DNA of 42,853 nucleotides, from positions 744,111-786,963 of the forward strand of contig NW_014577083.1 in the NCBI RefSeq assembly GCF_000485595.1, given 5' to 3'. Below are positions 42,565-42,853 of this stretch, in pieces. The notes under the pieces are model-generated. The model was given only the letters and a program-made list of their open reading frames with translations, had not been told where the DNA came from and ran no database searches. The stretch comes from Priapulus caudatus. Taxonomy: Eukaryota. The position numbers and the translations under genes are program-made. Each line of letters opens with the position of its first letter. Within the stretch, counting starts at the first letter, position 1.

Positions 42565-42853
42565 ATATGATATAGATATGTGATGATATATAGATGATAT
42601 GATAAATATAATAGATATGATATAAATATGTGATGATATGATATGATATGATATGATATGATATGATATGATATGATATGATATGATATGATATGATATG
42701 ATATGTATGATATGATATGATATGATATGATATGATATGATATGATATGATATGATATGATATGATATGATATGATATGATATGATATGATATGATATGA
42801 TATGATATGATATGATATGATATGATATGATATGATATGATATGATATGATAT
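42565..42853. repeat. (GATAT)n pentanucleotide microsatellite running off the window end
   Basis: Degenerate from about 42565, near-perfect from about 42634. Confidence 0.98.

Overview
This is non-coding, repeat-rich eukaryotic DNA, most likely from an invertebrate animal draft assembly (inferred from repeat content; the taxon cannot be fixed from sequence). I find no credible protein-coding gene, RNA gene or CRISPR array. Nearly all listed ORFs are read-throughs of microsatellites, a 24-bp minisatellite or N-gaps. Supportable content: many microsatellites; 12-, 20-, 24-, 26-, 52-, 65- and 81-bp tandem repeats; a Helentron-associated (HINE/DINE-1-like) non-autonomous element at 10103-10615; a 744-bp CAGTGGCGTA-terminated DNA-transposon derivative with a 5-bp TSD (13482-14225, repeated at 39000-39775); and a small TA-flanked TIR family (TCAGGAGTRA...) seen three times. 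The dominant large-scale structure is that 26647-41396 consists of shuffled re-copies of 12920-26646 plus three N-gaps. It includes a 3.8-kb indel-riddled tract repeated apparently base-for-base at offset 14478, which points to long-read gap-filling artefact, perhaps mixed with a second haplotype. The best candidates for undescribed biology are modest: a 175-nt run of abutting hairpins ending in a three-way junction (792-966), three CTCF-like sites (2045-2442), and a 24-bp array open in 5 of 6 frames. No novel multi-gene system is supported.
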